Shown: piece by piece, positions 62,236-64,000 of the stretch | Numbering within the stretch: the first letter of the stretch is position 1 | Layout: each line of letters starts with the position of its first letter | Assembly (NCBI GenBank): GCA_964608515.1 | Contig: CAZSNS010000004.1 | Span: 1,600 to 65,599, forward strand | Length of the DNA: 64,000 bases | Source of the DNA: Candidatus Hadarchaeota archaeon | GTDB taxonomy: Archaea > Hadarchaeota > Hadarchaeia > Hadarchaeales > JAGGTB01 | Direction of reading: 5' to 3' | Notes under the pieces: generated by a model | The model's database searches: none | The model's input: the letters and a program-made list of their open reading frames with translations, nothing else | What the model was told of the DNA's origin: nothing | Position numbers and translations under genes: made by a program

Positions 62236-62848
62236 TAATATGAAGAAAAAAGAACTGGAGATTAAATTACAAAAATTATCTTCTCATCCCAATCCCAAAC
62301 CCGAACTTGAACAATATATGACACCGGGAGATGTAGCGGCTAGTTTACTGAGATTGGCTTACAATCACTCTTCTATAGAAGGAAAGGATATCTATGATTT
62401 AGGTTGTGGAACCGGTCGCCTTGCGATTGGTGCTGCTTTACTTGGAGCTCAAAACGTAGTAGGTATAGATATAGATGAAGAAGCTCTGGAAATTGCAAGA
62501 GAAAATGCTCAGAAAGCTGGTGTCGATGTTGAATGGAAGCGTGCAGATGTTAGCGAATTGGATATGCCAGAGGTTTCAACTGTCATCCAGAATCCCCCTT
62601 TTGGCGTCCAAAAAAAGGGAGCGGATATGGTTTTTTTAAAAAAAGCGGTTCAGTTAGGAAGAGATATTTATTCTATACATAAAGCGGTGCCAAAGAACAG
62701 GGATTTTATATCCGAACAGACTAAAGAAATAGGTGGAAAAATAACACATAGGGTAGAAAAAGAATTTCATATACCTGCCCAGTTTGATTTCCACACTCAA
62801 GAAGTATATAGGTTTAAAGTTGACCTTTATAGAATTGTTAGGAGGTAG
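62228..62848 (+). CDS. METTL5-family methyltransferase
   Basis: LEQY.TP, DLGCGTG, NPPFG, YSIH. Confidence 0.92.
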   Translation: MDDNMKKKELEIKLQKLSSHPNPKPELEQYMTPGDVAASLLRLAYNHSSIEGKDIYDLGCGTGRLAIGAALLGAQNVVGIDIDEEALEIARENAQKAGVDVEWKRADVSELDMPEVSTVIQNPPFGVQKKGADMVFLKKAVQLGRDIYSIHKAVPKNRDFISEQTKEIGGKITHRVEKEFHIPAQFDFHTQEVYRFKVDLYRIVRR

Positions 62849-62855
62849 ATAGAAA

Positions 62856-63437
62856 ATGACAGATGAGATTAAATCCGGAGACTTTGTAGTTCCAGGCGAT
62901 TTTCTGGCTACGGTAGAAGAATTCATCCCAAATGAAGGAGTTTACGAAGAAGGACATAACGTATACTCTTCTCGGACAGGTGTAGTTCTCAAAGATGCTG
63001 ATTCTAAAAAAATATCTGTACATCCAAAAACAGGAACTCCGCCAATTATCAAAAATGGCGACATAGTGATAGGTACAATTGATCAAATAAGAGGACAAAT
63101 TGCAAATGTGGATATCGCAGCGATTCGGGGTAATGAAGATAGAGAAACTTCATTTTCGGGCGATTCGATAATTCATATATCTAATATTTCTGATGACTAC
63201 GTTGAAGAGATTGAGGATGAGTTTAAACCAGCTGATATCGTGAGAGCTAAAGTTACTGATTTGGGAAAAAATTCGGTAAAACTTACGACAGTTGATGATA
63301 GTCTTGGAGTTCTAGTGGCGTTTTGTTCGGAGTGTAGATCCGAACTTGAGAAGGATAATTCAAAATTGAAATGTCCGAACTGTGGAAGTGTTGAAAAACG
63401 GAAAATCGCTAACGATTATCGTCAGGGTATTTTGTGA
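62856..63437 (+). CDS. csl4: Exosome subunit Csl4
   Basis: VVPGD, S1 domain, DIVRAKV, C-terminal zinc ribbon. Confidence 0.93.
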   Translation: MTDEIKSGDFVVPGDFLATVEEFIPNEGVYEEGHNVYSSRTGVVLKDADSKKISVHPKTGTPPIIKNGDIVIGTIDQIRGQIANVDIAAIRGNEDRETSFSGDSIIHISNISDDYVEEIEDEFKPADIVRAKVTDLGKNSVKLTTVDDSLGVLVAFCSECRSELEKDNSKLKCPNCGSVEKRKIANDYRQGIL

Positions 63438-63649
63438 AAATGTCTGAAACCAAACGCGTCTTAAAATTCCCAATTGAAGATAGTAATCAACTGGTTGAGT
63501 TAGTTGAAGGACTGACTGAGATAAAAGTAGATATGGATGTAGATTCAACTCCCTCTTCAATAGAGATTTGTGTTTACGGGTCAGAGCAAAAAGTTAAAGG
63601 TGCAGTTGAAAAGATTAAAAAACTAGTTAAAGAATCCAAATCATCTTAA
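63434..63649 (+). CDS. Small conserved-position protein (resembles the DUF2067 N-terminal domain)
   Basis: Overlaps the csl4 stop; lies between csl4 and rpoL. Confidence 0.55.
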   Translation: MKMSETKRVLKFPIEDSNQLVELVEGLTEIKVDMDVDSTPSSIEICVYGSEQKVKGAVEKIKKLVKESKSS

Positions 63650-63696
63650 AACATTAATACTTTAAATGAAAAAAGCACTCTTTCACTGGTGTCATT

Positions 63697-63978
63697 ATGG
63701 AAGTAGAACTGTTAGAAAAAGAAGGAACGAAAATGAAACTTAGAATCGTGGGAGAAGGACACACCTTTTCGAATGTCCTCAGAAAGAAACTCCACGAGGA
63801 TGAAAGAATAGAAACTGCGGCTTATAATATAGCTCATCCGTTACTTTCCGACCCAGAGCTTCATGTTAAGACGGAAAAGAAGAAATCTCCGAAAAGAGCG
63901 TTGATAAGAGCGGCGGACGAATTATCAGATGAGTACGGAGAAGTAAAAAAGAAGCTTGAGAAGGCGTTAGAAGAGTGA
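63697..63978 (+). CDS. rpoL: RNA polymerase subunit L (Rpo11)
   Basis: GE.HTFSN.LR, AAY...HPL. Confidence 0.95.
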   Translation: MEVELLEKEGTKMKLRIVGEGHTFSNVLRKKLHEDERIETAAYNIAHPLLSDPELHVKTEKKKSPKRALIRAADELSDEYGEVKKKLEKALEE

Positions 63979-64000
63979 TTTCAGAGTGGTTTTCTGATTT

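Overview
Archaeal chromosome segment with an acidic proteome (high-salt, anaerobic lineage; MSBL1/Hadarchaeota-like by inference). Core content: purine genes (purF partial, purE, purC, two purP paralogues), tyrS, minD, cdc6/orc1, an intron-containing tRNA-Pro(CGG), a de novo pyrimidine cluster (pyrE/F/I/B/C/K/D/G), aldehyde:ferredoxin oxidoreductase, ppsA and the dph2-METTL5-csl4-rpoL block. A candidate replication origin (two inverted ORB boxes around an AT-rich tract) lies at 8465-8665. A ~19.6 kb island without an integrase sits in tRNA-Pro; the att-like sequence is present three times. Its cargo looks defence-related: SAMHD1-like HD protein, ImmA/IrrE peptidase, HD-CE, PRTase, HEPN and Mrr-like nuclease. 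The most unusual signals are: (1) eight intergenic copies of the palindrome TTTTTTGTTA-TGGGTG-TAACAAAAAA, clustered at the origin, tightly bracketing a Cas2/VapD-like gene and flanking a TA module in inverted orientation; (2) a recurring A/C-rich to G/T-rich composition switch centred on GGCC sites across core genes; (3) a circularly permuted metallophosphoesterase. All family calls come from motif recognition by eye; no searches were run.
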